From Takakia lepidozioides (taxonomy: Eukaryota; Plantae; Bryophyta), in assembly GCA_030704615.1 (NCBI GenBank), contig CM060731.1, positions 434,001 to 498,000 on the forward strand: a DNA stretch of 64,000 bases. Direction: 5' to 3'. Both the position numbers and the translations under genes were made by a program. The notes below the pieces were generated by a model. That model did no database searches. It saw nothing but the letters and a program-made list of their open reading frames with translations, and was not told where the DNA came from. Shown piece after piece: positions 49,660-62,800 of this stretch (the stretch's first letter is position 1; every line of letters begins with the position of its first letter).

Positions 49660-50865
49660 TGAAAGAGGCGGCCACAACTGCACGAGTATTTTGTGGCTTC
49701 AATGGTAAAGGTGTAATGCAAGTTATGCAAAGGCATGAATGCTACATATGATTTGCTTGCTTGTCATGCCAAGAGTGAGCATAGAAACGACAGGTTTCTG
49801 ATTTGCACTTTCTCTGGAACCTGTATGTTTTGAGCACTAGTGTATAATTAAGTTGAGGTGGATGTCATCTAGATGTGTAATTGTATTGGCAGCTGGGAAA
49901 TAAGTACACAAATTTGAGTAGGTCTTGACCAGTGCAGATGCAGATTTGTATGAACAGAGGAAGTGCTGTGTAACTCGAGATAGTAGACCTGGGAGATAGC
50001 CAGTACAGACTATAGACCTACGTGAGATGTATCTCTGGTTTACTGTGTTGCTGTCTCCACACCTTGTACATAAGTTGGGAGATCAGCTATTCATGACGGT
50101 GAGCACAGATGGATGCAGAAATTGGTGGATAGTGTCTTCATCTCTTGTGACAGGGAATGCTTCAGTAATTTTTGGTGTCCACTTACCAGAGATGGCTTTC
50201 TTTGCAGAGTTTGTCCCTGCCATTTGCAGCACAAAGGGAACATGAAGAAAACCCCCTGCATATCATCCCTAAGTTCTGGTGGAAATTGTTGTACACTTCA
50301 GAAATCTTTCATTCTTCAAGACTCCATGGGCAACAACCTTTACTTGTGGAAGTGGATTAATCAATATTGCACACAATCAGATTCCCAAGTCTGAATGATG
50401 CATATGATTGAGACCTCTTCAGCCCATTTCAAGATATTCTTGTCCAATCCGTCTCACGGGGGTTGAGTACTGTAGAGTGGATGTCATCTGCATGCTAGGA
50501 GCATTTGGTGCTTCGTGTTGTTCTTGGCACTAACAGTGGATCAGACTATTTTCAGAGTAGAGAAATTATGTCCTCATGATGGAGCAAGGATGGATGTGGT
50601 GTGCCATACCGCGCCTGATATTTCTCAGCTACCTCTAGAGAAATTTGCTGGCTTTCCTTAGCAAGGGGTCAATGTGTAAATCCTCGTTGAGGCACTGGGC
50701 CCCATCTGCGGTAAAACCAGTACTAACCCAATCAAGAGACTTACAGACTTTCCCAAAATTGCAGGCAAAGTACTGATTGTGATAAGATGGCTCCAGATAG
50801 CATCAACTTCATGCTATTGTCTCTGCGAGGGTGCAGAAGACTTCTGTGACTAATGAAATTCTTCA

Positions 50866-52049
50866 TCAATCTAAAACTAGTGGTTTGAAATACTTCCGGT
50901 CGATAAGATATGCCCCAACTGCAAACCGCACTGCCCACACATCCTTAGGTCTTCTGTCAATAACCCTGCGCAAAACAACACTCTGTATCATGATACAGGA
51001 TTGGTAGATACCACATCCACCCATGCCCCTACCAAGAAGATGCCTATATAGTCTCTCATATGAACTTGGTTTTCTTGAGCCTGTCCAACTCATGAAGCAT
51101 GAACTACTGGCCTGCCTTCCCTCGCATGACATTTTAGTCTCAAGATGCAAAACCCACAGAAGACCATTGGACAACCAACTGCAGGAGCAGTGACACCTCT
51201 TTGAAAGCATACTTGCAGATGCACCCTGCCCTGCCTCTGTATAGATTGTCAGAGAGGAGGCAAGGGGGGGATGAAAGGCCTATGCTATCACCATTAAGGA
51301 GAAGCAGAATTTGCGGAGTAGACGAGACCCTGTGCATCCCACATAATGCTATCAACTGGCCCCCTATCACTGCACCAAAACCTGTCTCTATACCTCAATG
51401 TTAGCTGGACCAAAGGAAGGGGTGTTCCACAATTTGTCAGTAGGGCAATCAAACAAGAACCAGTACTCAATGAGCAACTTGACATGGAGCATGCAAAGGA
51501 AAACAACAGACTTGAGCAGGAACAGTACCGGCCAGCATCCCCAGGCTTGATGAGGCCAGTATTTGGCCGCATCATCGGCATTGGCTCAGCCGTCTTAAGC
51601 AGAGGTGGCGCTTCTACTATGACTATGGGGCTACCTACTCTCAAATCATCTCTAAGTTTAGGCCGACCCATGTTCAAAGCACCTGAAACCCTTCCCTCAT
51701 TTGTTGCAGACGCCTCCAATGAATGCTCAGATCTCGTGGCAGGCTCATCAGTCTTGCTAGTTTCCACATCTACTTCATCGAAAGAGCCTGACCCTGCTCT
51801 CAACCCTCTAGGCTTTCGAGCTGCACAAGTTTGTGGTTTTGCATCCAAAAGTCTAAATCTCATTGCTTTCTTAAGCACCGATCCCTCTCTCTGTGCTGGG
51901 CACAAGTCACTGTGAGACGCTGCGAAATTGCCAATGCTACCGACTTGAAATCTTTTTGAATGCAGTGAAATGGAAGAAACTGGATTGGGTGAGCTACAGC
52001 CAGCAATTCCAGGGCACGGTACTTTGCCCAGCAGAATGGGCGACTCCAT
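50866..52049 (-). CDS. CRR42: Chloroplast NDH assembly factor CRR42 (DUF3148); exons 52049-51529 and 50965-50866
   Basis: Transit-peptide-like N-terminus, then VGSPIVIVEAPPLLKTAEPMPMMRPNTGLIKPGDAGR|VIDRRPKDVWAVRFAVGAYLIDRKYFKPL; in-phase GT-AG intron. Confidence 0.85.
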
Positions 52050-52490
52050 GACTGAGGACGTAGGAACAGCGTCAGATATACACACAAAACATCAACCCTA
52101 CTACTATCTCCAAAAGGTATCGGCAGGAATCCCAAGACCCAGCTCAAAGAGGTGAAACCCTCTAGCAAATTTGTCTCATCACAATCATCCGGAGTTCTAT
52201 CTGACCCTAACAACATCGAGTAACATCATCATCTTCTTCATGGTGCTTAATCATCATCTTCTTCTTCATGGCGTTTGAACTTTGAACCGTGACGTGTTTG
52301 TTGATTCATTGTTAAATTGAATCAACTGTTGTTAAATTTTAGCCTGAAGGTGGATGAACGTGGGTATTCATCTCTAGTACAAGCTTCGAAAAGGTATGGG
52401 TATTGCGGACGTTGAGCGCAGGTACTTCGGGACGCCGAGCAGTGCAGTGATCGAGCAGAGCATGCCTGTTGCTGCCACCCAGCCTGGATC

Positions 52491-55400
52491 ATGAGAAATG
52501 AATCTCTTGTCCTGCTACTGATCTTGGGTGCCCGCCGTTTTCATGCTTTCCCGCATCCCTTAAAGCCCTGGGTCGATCTGCTCACTTCTGAAACTTTCCC
52601 CTCATCTTCTCATCGATCGCTCTCAGGGGTTGTTAACAAATTCTACGAAGAATTGTCTCTCGGCACCCAAAGATTCCATTCCTTTCGGTTTTCGATTTCT
52701 CCTTTTTCAACATCAACCAACTCATCATCGCGTCCTCCTCCTTCGTCCTCAGATGCTGACCCCTCGGACGCATCATGCAATCTGACTCCTTCGCACCCCG
52801 TTTCGTGGAAACTGGGCTCATCGTCCAACCCAATTGCTGTCGCTGCCAGAAACGCGGCTATGGCGGAGGGGTCATCAGCATCAGCAACAGAAGACAAACC
52901 CTTAAGCCTCTGGCCGGGCATGTATCATTCTCCGGTGACCGCTGCCTTGTGGCAGGCAAGATCCACTATTGTGGAGAGGACTTGGGAGAATTCGCAGGAT
53001 CGCCCTGCGCAGGCCAAGTTGCTCAATCGAACGCCCGAGCAGAGTAGAACAAGAGTTCTGTACAGTTTCTCGTCCGATCCCATATTGAGGGAGCAGTACC
53101 GCAATCCATGGAATGGATGCCGCATTGGAAAACTGCTGGAGGATTTGGATGCTTTGGCTGGTACGATTGCGATGAAGGTACTGTTTGAATACCACTGAAA
53201 ATGGGGTTAGAATTGGGATGACCGACATATGGCGGCATGGATTCTTACCTTCACTGTAGTTCAATTCATGAATGAGGTCACATCGATCACAAGATTGGCA
53301 TCTAATTTGTACCCCTTAAGAAGTTGGGGAAAATCCACAAAGTTGTGTCTTCCCTTACATTCTGACTCTCTAGTGTGGGCAATGTACTCGTCAACACTGA
53401 CGTTGGTTTTCCATGTTTCTGAGGATACCACTTCTTGCTGAGCATCTTAAGGTGGAAATCTCTGGCTGTACCAAATGTTCGATTCCCAATGCATTTTGCA
53501 GAGCCCTGACATGAATGTAAAGTAACCATTTTCAGATGTGTAGGGCTAACTGTTGTCAGATCATCATACTGAATGAAGCTTATTTTTTACTACTGAATGA
53601 TAAATTTTGGCCCAATGCAGCATTGTGCAGATGACGACAGTACCACCAGGCCGCTGCTGTTGGTGACTGCATCAGTGGACAAAATCAGCATAAAGAAGCC
53701 ACTACATCTGGATCTCGATCTGAAGATTGCAGGGGCAGTTGCATGGGTCGGCCGATCCTCCATGGAGATTCGCATGGAGGTCGTCCAACCTGTTCGAGGT
53801 AGTCCCTGATTTTTACTACCCTATTTAGACTTCCATCAAACTTATGGCTTGAAGGAGGAGTGTCTGTTCTCGCCATGATCTCCAACTCGCCATTTCAAAG
53901 TTGCAGTAAATGGCAAGTATGTCAAGCAGTAGAGGTTGGATTTAGTTGGCCAAAAAGGAAGTGGTTAACCTGCACATACGAATTTCTTCATTTCGTGAGT
54001 TTGCACCAATTTCTTATTGCTTCCAAGTGGTGCCTGTTCCAGGAGTTGATTTGAATCATTTGATTTCCATAGAATAGAAAAGTGATCTTGCCTCAGGTAG
54101 CTGATAGTTGCAATTGTGGATGGCACAGAGGTGATGGACAAGGCTGATGTTGCACTGATTGCAAACTTCACATTTGTGGCGCGTGACTCCCAGACCAAAA
54201 AAGCTGCCCCAGTGAACCAGCTCGTACCTGCAACTGAGGAAGAGAAACTTTTGTATGAGGAGGGCGAGGCCCGTGATGCGCAGAGGAAGAGGCATCGAAA
54301 AAAGCAACAGCAAGAGCTAATAGATGGTGCCAAAGCACACCAAAATAGTGAGAGGATGAAGAAAATACTTGCTGAGGTAGGAGTGTATGTGTAAGACTTC
54401 TAATGGTGAGTTCAGTGTATTGATTGTGCAAGCTCCTGGCCATAATTATACCAGTACAAGCCTACTAGGTCCCTCACAAGGTCCTTCTGAAACACGTACT
54501 ACAACTGTTACTGTCTAACACACACACAATTTCCTTTCTTTCTTTCCAGGGACGGGTGCTATGTGAGATGCCAGCGCTTGCTGATCGAAATAGTATTCTG
54601 ATCAAAGATACACGATTGGAGAATGCAATTATTTGTCAACCACAGCAGCGAAATATGCATGGCCGGATCTTTGGGGGTTTTCTTATGCGACGGGCATATG
54701 AGCTTGCGTATTCTACATGCTATGTCTTTGGGGGTGTCCGGCCCTTATTTCTGGAAGTTGACCATGTTGACTTTAGACGTCCGGTGTGAATTTTATTCCA
54801 TTCAAACATTTTGTCTTGGCTCCTAAAGCCATGAGATTATTTGCCAAGCTTGTCAGGTGCTGTCTATTGGTTTTGCTCACATGCTGTGCACTTCATGAGA
54901 GTCATTATTCCATGTGCCATATGTCTGGAAACCATTCTGTTCTCACCCTCCCATAGCAGTACAGAATGGGATGGGTGGTAGCATACAACTTCATCTTGTC
55001 TGAGGATATTCATTCCATTGTCTGTTAGCCTCCATGATGTTGAGAGGGTTGAGGCATGGTGGCCCCATTTTGATTTGCATGGAAAGTAACTTGTTACCAA
55101 GTGTGTAGATGCCATAGTATGTCAGGTTTCATGATGTTGGGAGGGTTGAGGTTTTGCAAGTAAAATTGTCCTCTCTGTGCTACCTATTTGGTCTAGATTA
55201 TACTCCTGTTGGAAGGCAACATTCTGTGTATAAACTTGGAAAGGTCAGATCATCCTAAGTACATCTTATTATAAACTTGGAAAGTCAGATCATTCTAAGT
55301 ACGTCTTATTTCTTGAAAACCGACTAGAGGCAGGCTGATTATGACAGGCATGTGTTGGTGGTTCTGCCGCATGTAAATCTTAAGCCTCCAAGATGTCCCA

Positions 55401-58400
55401 TGTCCCTTCCATGAATCATGGGTGTGCTACCAAGATTATACTTTCTGGTCAAGACTCATTCACGTTGTTTGAAGTCGAGTTGACAAATACAAGTGGGTGG
55501 ATTCGCAGGTTGATGTAGGGGACTTGCTTCGATTCAAATCATGTGTGCTCTACACAGAAACAGAGAGGACGGAGCAGCCTCTCATCCATGTTGAAGTTGT
55601 GGCACATGTCACCCAGCCCGAACTACGGTCCAGTGAGGTAAATATCTGTTGGCTAGCTATGAGATGATTATGCAAGTCTGCTGTGTCTTTGAATTGTTTT
55701 CATTCGAATGTCAGATGACGTAATTTATGTCAACAGGGTGCCAATTATGATCCCATTGAGGTTTGGGCTAGTGAGCCTACAAATCAGAGCTGGGCAACCT
55801 TAGAGGACACAGGTTTTCTACTTTAAAAATTTTGTCTTCAAATTTGATCACAGACTCAACAGATTAAGTACACATTTTCTTCAGAATTCTGAGCTTTCAG
55901 GAATCCTAGTCTGTGAGACCCATGGACGTGCTGGCATAATGTTTGTGTGTGAGAGAGATTGTACTCATAAGACGTTGTTTGCCGTAGCCTTGTGGCCATT
56001 GACCCCGCGCCCAGTTTGAGCGGGAACAAAAGGGACAGAACCTACCTCTGTCAGGGGCTGACGTTGGTAGTAAGACTTACCTTCATATAAAGAATTAATC
56101 CGGGTTTTCCAGATATCCTCTAGAAATCCCTTCACACAAGCATCAATCTGCTGTGTGTGATTTGCCCAAAAACTAGGCCTCAGGAGGGCCTGGGCTTTTG
56201 GCTCAGCCTCGAGACTTTCAAAGTTGGTAAACAGGGGTACAGGCACAATTCCCTTGATAGAGTTGAAGAGAGCGTCTCTTTGGTGAGAGAACCCCGGACA
56301 GTGTATCAGAAAATGAATACTGTCTTCAGATTGCCCATACAACGGGCAATTGCACTCTCCCTTTCCTCTCTGCTTCTGTTTGCTGTTCAAAGGTAGGCTG
56401 CCCTGAGTTTAAATTTCAGTCTAGTGCCGAGAGTGGGTAGACCCTTGAGGTCATCCAAGATGTCCTCCCCCATGTCACTGACTGGAAGCAAGTTCAGGGA
56501 AGTTTTCTGCTTAACTTCATTTTCATCAGACAATCTCATGGCAACAGACATGGCTTCGGACACTACAGCCTCTAAGTCAGATTTATCCAGCAGGGTCAAG
56601 ACTTGCGGATCCAGGTCCAGGTCCTTGAGAATCTCTTCTACTCTCTTCTGCCAGGACTTAGCCTGTTTGACAGGGCGGTCCTGTTTCCAAGATATAGAGA
56701 CGATTAACTTAGGATATCTGGTGTTGGGCATATGTTGCAGCTGACCCCACCATCTGACCTTGAATTCATCTCGTCGGGAGCTTAAGGACGGAATGCCAAA
56801 CTCACCCCGAACAGCCACATTGGCTGTTTTGGAGCATGCTGACATACACTCCTTAAGCACCCCCACTTGAATGGATTCTAGAGACTTAGCCTGGTTGGAG
56901 TTATCAACCCATATAGCAGATCCGTACTCCAAGGCAGGTCTAAAAGCGCGGCAAAGCATGGTTCAGAGTTGACCCCTCTGCAGTGGAAAAATTTAGTGAG
57001 CCCCAGAGCTTTGCCCTTGCCAGTTTGAAGAACTTTCCGGATATGTGCATCCCAATTACAATTGGAGGAAAACTCAACGCCCAGGTAAGTGTAGGAAGGG
57101 AGGACCGGGATCTCTTCCTCCCTCTCCTCTGTCGTTGAATGCTACCACTGCACATTTGCTGACATTAGCCTCTAGTCCCCAAAGATCAAAGTGTCTCTTC
57201 GCGCAATCAATCAACTCCTGGAGATTGGTTGGAGTTTCCCCTATGCCTGCGAAGTCATCCGCAAACATAAGGGCTGGTATGGTGGTATCACCCACCCTTA
57301 ACCCAAATCCCTCACTTTCCACATCCTCGAGGAGTTGATTGATGAAAACATTGAAGAGCAGAGGGGAGAGAGTACATCCTTGAGCTACACCTTGGTCTAT
57401 GTCAAAGAAGTTGGACTTCTGTCCGTTAACAGTGACACAGCTTTTGGTGTGAGCATACAAGTTGTGGACACCTCTCCACATCTTTCCCTTGATCCCACAA
57501 GACCAGAGGCGGAACCATAGGCCATCTCTCCACACTGTGTCATAAGCCTTTTTGACATCCAGGAAAAAAACATAAGTGGGTTTCCCTTCCTTTAACTTCC
57601 CTGGATAATCTGGCTTAGAGTGAAGATATGATCCACACAGCCCCTGTTTCGCCGGCCTTCGTGGAAACAACCTCTAGACTCCAGATCAACTCGAGACGAG
57701 TACTTATAACTCTGCAGAATGTCTTGCCAACAGCATTGAGGAGCGTGATGCAACGGTAGTTCCCCGGTTCTTCTCTGTCACCCTTCTTGTATAGATTGAC
57801 AATGACCCCCTGTCGCCAGCGAAATGGGATCATTTCAGTCTTCCAGATAAGGTTAAAGAGGAGAACTAGGGCCTCTATCATGGGATCACCACCGTGCTTG
57901 ATAAGCTCGTTGACAATACCATCAGGTCCACCAGCTTTATATCCATTTAAATGTTCAATTGCTCCCACAATCTCAGAAGAACTAATGGGAGCGTTATAAG
58001 CCATTGAAATATACTCCAGTTCATCAGGGCTGTTTTGAATCATAGGAACAGTTTTTCCAACTGTGTCCCTCCATTCAGCAGAAGACCCCTCACTGTTAGA
58101 CCTAGAAGTTCTGCCAAGGATACTGTAGTGATTTTCAAAGGTTTTGACAATGTCAACCGATGAAGTCACCACTGCACCTTTAGTAGTCTTCAGCGCTTGT
58201 ACTTGCTGACCGTTTTTAGGCTTGTACAAACGTTGAAGAGCCGACCAGAATTTCTTGTCATTACCACCATGGTGGTTTGAGTTTATTTCACTGTATAACT
58301 TGTCCCAGTATAATTTCTTCTGAGACCTAACAAGCTGATTGATATCCTTACGGAGCTGGTAGTACCTCGCCCACAATTCTCTGTTGGTTTTCAAATTGCA

Positions 58401-61095
58401 GCACTCTTTATAAAGGGCTCGTCTCTCAGCTATCTTGAGTTTGATCTCATTGGTCCACCAATTAACAGCTCTACCGCAGACAATTAGTTTCCTCCCAATG
58501 ATCTTGTCAGCCACGGAGGAGCAATTGGACAAAATACATCAGTTCTGTCGATCAACACATTGGCACACTGGGGAAACAAATTTTTGTCCATTATGATATA
58601 GTCCACAATGGAACGTTCCCCAGTTTGGGGTTTCTCACGAGTCCACTGCACTTGGTCACCTCTTGTCCTGTTATTCAAGGTCAAAAGCTGAAGCTCTTCT
58701 AGACAGTTAATTAACTGTCTGCCATTAGAATTCAGCTCGTCCTCACCAAAAGGCCCAATGATATCGTCCTGATGGAGCCCTTAGCCCACCCGGGCATTGA
58801 AGTCACCCAATAGCACTACCTGACCTTTGGCAAGGAACGAAGCACAGTCCAGCTTTACATCTTCGAAGGCTTTGTCTGCGTCAGCACTAAGGGTCCCCTC
58901 TGTGGGCATGTAAACACAACCCACAAAGAGGTCCTTCGTACTCATGCCGCCCTTCAGATTCAGTTTTAGCCAGATACTATGCTCGTACCTCGAACCCTAT
59001 TTGATAATTTCACAATTATCAAACAAGAAATCACGGACAAAGAATCCAACCCCTTTTTGACCGCGTTTGGCAGAGGCTGCCTTGAGAGTACACATCCTAC
59101 CTGCCCATTTATAACCATTGACATCTCCAACCAGTTTATCCGACATTTCCCATGTTTCTTGCCCAGCACAGATATGAATATCATTAGTCTGAAGGACTTG
59201 TCCCACTTCGAGTTGTTTCCTTTGGTTAGTAAGCCCTGAGAAGTTGAAAGTGGCCAGCCGCAAGCCAGCCCTTTGCATGTGAATTGTTTGTCGTCTAGGT
59301 AGCTTGTGATTGCTCCTGGACGGCCAACCGTTCTGCAAAGGGGGGACAGTTACCCCATGTGTAGATTTTGCTCGTCTTGTGTAAACTTTGAGAATTGGTA
59401 AACCATTCAGGGTACCAAATCCTTCAGTTACACGACGCACAGGCTCAGCACACTTAGGGGCATATTGTCCGTCAGACTGCTTGGGGACATTTACCCCGTG
59501 TATAGATTTTGCTTGTCTGGTGTAGACTTTGAGGATTGGTAAACCATTTAGAGTACCAAATCCTTCAGTTACACGACGTTCAGGCTCTGCACACTTAGGG
59601 ACAGATTGTCCATCTGACGGCTTGCGGACAATTACCCTGTGTATAGAATTTGTTCGTCTTGTGTAAACCTTGAGGATTGGTAAACCATTCAGAGTACCAA
59701 ATCCTTCAAATTCAGGACGTTCGGGTTCTGTACACTTAGGGGCATCTTGTCCTTCTGGCTGTTTGGATTCAACCTCATCCAGAGCATCAAACCGATTAGA
59801 AACTCTCAAGTTGAAGTCCTTGCCCTTGGTTGTCTTCCGAGAGCGCCCCATTGAATCACCAATGTCTAAGACCACTCTCCAGCCAGTCAAGGGACGAACT
59901 TCTTTGAGATTGAATTGATGTGGGACTCTATTAGAAGCACTTTTGGTCATTGCAACCTTCAACGTACCCCTGTTATCAAGTCTCGAGATGGAACCATTAG
60001 CCATGAAATCCAAGCCTAAGCTAGAGCATGTAGTTTTAAAGGACACATCGTCCATCCTGGGATTCACCCCAAAAACTACACATGAAGCCCTAGATTTGGC
60101 ATAAGTAACCAATTCCCAGGAATCACCCTGCGGAGTGTTGATGTCATACGACTGCCCAATTTGGGCGGAGGGGCTGCCCCCAAGCGGTAGGGGTCCGCTT
60201 GTTACCATTCAGAGATCACACTCCAGGGAGTTGCAGGGAATGGCCCGTGTAGGCATATTCTAAAGAGGGAAAGGCCCCAAGCTTTACAACTAAATCCAAT
60301 GCACTACCTTACCTGGAGCAAAGCACTTCAGGTCGAAACAAACAAGGACACGAGGTCACAAGGCCGGCATTTAGTCACAGAGACATTAATGTACTCCCGT
60401 ATCAAGTCCACCCAATGGCAATAGGCTTCCTAGAGGACAGGGAGAATGTGTGTGAGAGAGAGAAAGAGAGAGAGACGAGACCATCACTAGAGTTAGCTTG
60501 CTATGGCCTTGGACTTTACGCAGCTCAGAGTAGAGATGATGATGTCTCATTGTTCGTTCCCTGGGAAGGAGATGCATTTGAGGGCATTGTCCACATGGGA
60601 TACTTAACCATCTGTAAGTTGTGTGGAGTTCTATGGGCCAAAACTTGCCATAGCTTGGACATAGTGGGAGATTTGTTCTCTAGATTTTGCTTGCTGTCTC
60701 CTGGTGAGCATAGACCATGCACCCAGTTGGGTGGGAGGAGGGAAGGGTAGGAGATGGGTTTGACAGAGGACAGCAGAATGGGGTCCACTGCTATCGCTGC
60801 CGGTGCACTGCACCAGTAAGACCTACCTGAGATTGAGTTGGCACTGGCCGACACAAAACTTATGGCTCTAGTATCAACCGGAGAAGAGAAATGAGGGAGT
60901 TTCGACTGATCGGATGTGTTTGTTGGCCAGGTGTCGAACACATTCTACTTCACATTCTCACTCGACCCTGCATTTGTGAAGGTTGGTACATTAAATGTGC
61001 GCAGAGTGCTGCCTGCCACTGAAGAAGAGGGGCATGGCTATCTTGCTCGCTACGATGCCGACCACCTGGTTAACTCTTGCTTACTTACCCATTAA
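52491..61095 (+). CDS. Acyl-CoA thioesterase 9-like double hotdog-fold protein, multi-exon; last intron expanded by a LINE
   Basis: LREQYRNPWNGCRIGKLLEDLDALAGTIA, LLLVTASVDKI, WVGRSSMEI, ANFTFVARD, QPQQRNMHGRIFGGFLMRRAYEL, FRRPVDVGDLL; last exon 60931-61095 (VSNTFYFTF…VLPATEEE). Confidence 0.92.
55959..60446 (-). mobile_element. Near full-length (~4.5 kb) non-LTR retrotransposon: AP endonuclease, RT and C-terminal zinc motif, frameshifted
   Basis: APE motifs LATFNFSGL, ICAGQETW, GVGFFV, VLLGDFNARVG, SIVDYII. RT motifs YRCITLLN, FLDVKKAYDTV, QGVAQGCTLSPLLFN, LMFADD. 15-bp TSD TGTGTGTGAGAGAGA at 55944-55958 and 60447-60461. Confidence 0.93.
59345..59765 (-). repeat. Three tandem 141-bp (47-aa) coding repeats upstream of the LINE endonuclease
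   Basis: AACCATT anchors at 59401, 59542 and 59683; peptide PKC(T/A)EP…EGFGTLNGLPILKVYTR three times. Confidence 0.9.
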
Positions 61096-62489
61096 GTTTG
61101 CCAATGTATCTGTCTGCTGGAGCCTCTAGACGGCACTCTCAATCATGAACATTCAACAAGGTGGGAGGGAGCAAAGTGACTCCTAAGATCCCCACTGTTT
61201 TGGAGCGTTTCTGAAAGGACCCTGGACTGTGAGAATTCCAAAAGGCCCTGGGACATTTTAGTTGGTTCACTGTGGGCCCATGCTCAATAGCTATATATCT
61301 CATAAAAGCTCAATTGGTCATAGGGTTCTCCATACCTGCTGCTAGTGGTTTGACGTGAGGTCCACAAAATGACAATGATGATGAAAGTTGTGCTCCAAGA
61401 AAATAGTTATACACAATTTGGATGCTCACATCCCTGGCTAGATGATGCAAATCGGCTGGCACCTGCAAAATTGTGCTCATGCCAGCCATTTTCAGGTGGC
61501 AAAAATTTATGGTTTTGTGTGATGGAATGTCCTTAAAAATACTCAGAAAATAGGTGATGTTTTATCAATCGTAGCTCATCCCATCACACAACTTTCACTT
61601 TTCCTGCTATGGAAACTAAAGTTCCATACAAATTTGTTTATGCAGTCTATAGAGGACTGAAGGCCTCCAAGGAATCTGAGATCCTGCCTGTTACAGCAGT
61701 TGCCATCTTGTCGGTAACTTTTCAGCATGCTACCATGGTCTTCTGTTTTCAGGAGTTGGACAGGCCCATTCAAAGACCTTGGCTGCCACACAGAGAAAGA
61801 GGTGACTCCAGTTGAAGTCAACAATATGAAGAGCCTCCTTCCTCAATAGAAATACTGCCCTATACTTTGGGTCACCAAAGGCTAAGTTACATTATGCAAA
61901 AAGGACCCAAGTGTGGTCTCCTTCTTGGGTCTCCCTCCGTGGTCTCCTTAGAAAACTCATAACTCTTGCAGTTCAATTCATTCTTTATGGATAATGAGGG
62001 ATGGACTATTGCACCGGGGCATCAAGAACTCCCTGGTGTCAAAAGGCCAGCAGCAGGTCTCTGGGGAGTTCATGTACATCTACTCTAGACCCTGATAAGC
62101 ACAGATTTTAGTTTGTGTTGTCATTGAAAGCAAATACTGGAAGATAAGCAAATGAATTGAAGTGTGGCTAACTTCACATCTCAAAAGTTGTTGTCACAGT
62201 GAGTAATGATGTACAGGAGTTACAAGAGACTTATCAATGTGCCTAGGTATATGCCAAATGCAACTGAAGGGGACCAGCTTTGCTTCCTCGGACCTTAGTG
62301 ACAAGTATCAAGGTTTCTAGTTTCTACAAACTAAGCAGTTTATCAACACTTGTTGCACTTACATTTAAACCCCGGGCTACCACAGTTTATGGATGTTGCA
62401 TATGAGAAACTCAATTAGAGTTTGCGAGCGAGGCCTTCAATGTCTCACACCCATGTGTGGGAGCCTTAAAGACTCACCCATTTTCAGAT

Positions 62490-62800
62490 TGGGGGTGTTG
62501 TCACCATCCACCCTCTTCAGGACCAGCACAAACATAGCCCCTGCGCCTCTGTTCAGCAACTTTCAAATTCTGGAAGCTGAGACTAAAGCCCACGGTCTAA
62601 TAGTTGGGCAGCTCACACGCAGCAGATAGATGCTTGAGGGAAGGTCTCAGTTCTAGAGGAAATCTGGAGAGCCCGAAGTAATAGTTTATATGAAGGTAAG
62701 TCCAGTATCCCTCACAAAGGAGTGTCTGTTCACTATCGTTTTGCCCAAAGTGGGTGCAGGGTCTATGGCAACAACGTCTTATGAGTACATTTCTCTCTCT
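62490..62800 (+). mobile_element. Old LINE 3' fragment of the same family
   Basis: Diverged match to the LINE 3' region ending CAACAACGTCTTATGAGTACA, followed by (TC)n. Confidence 0.7.
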
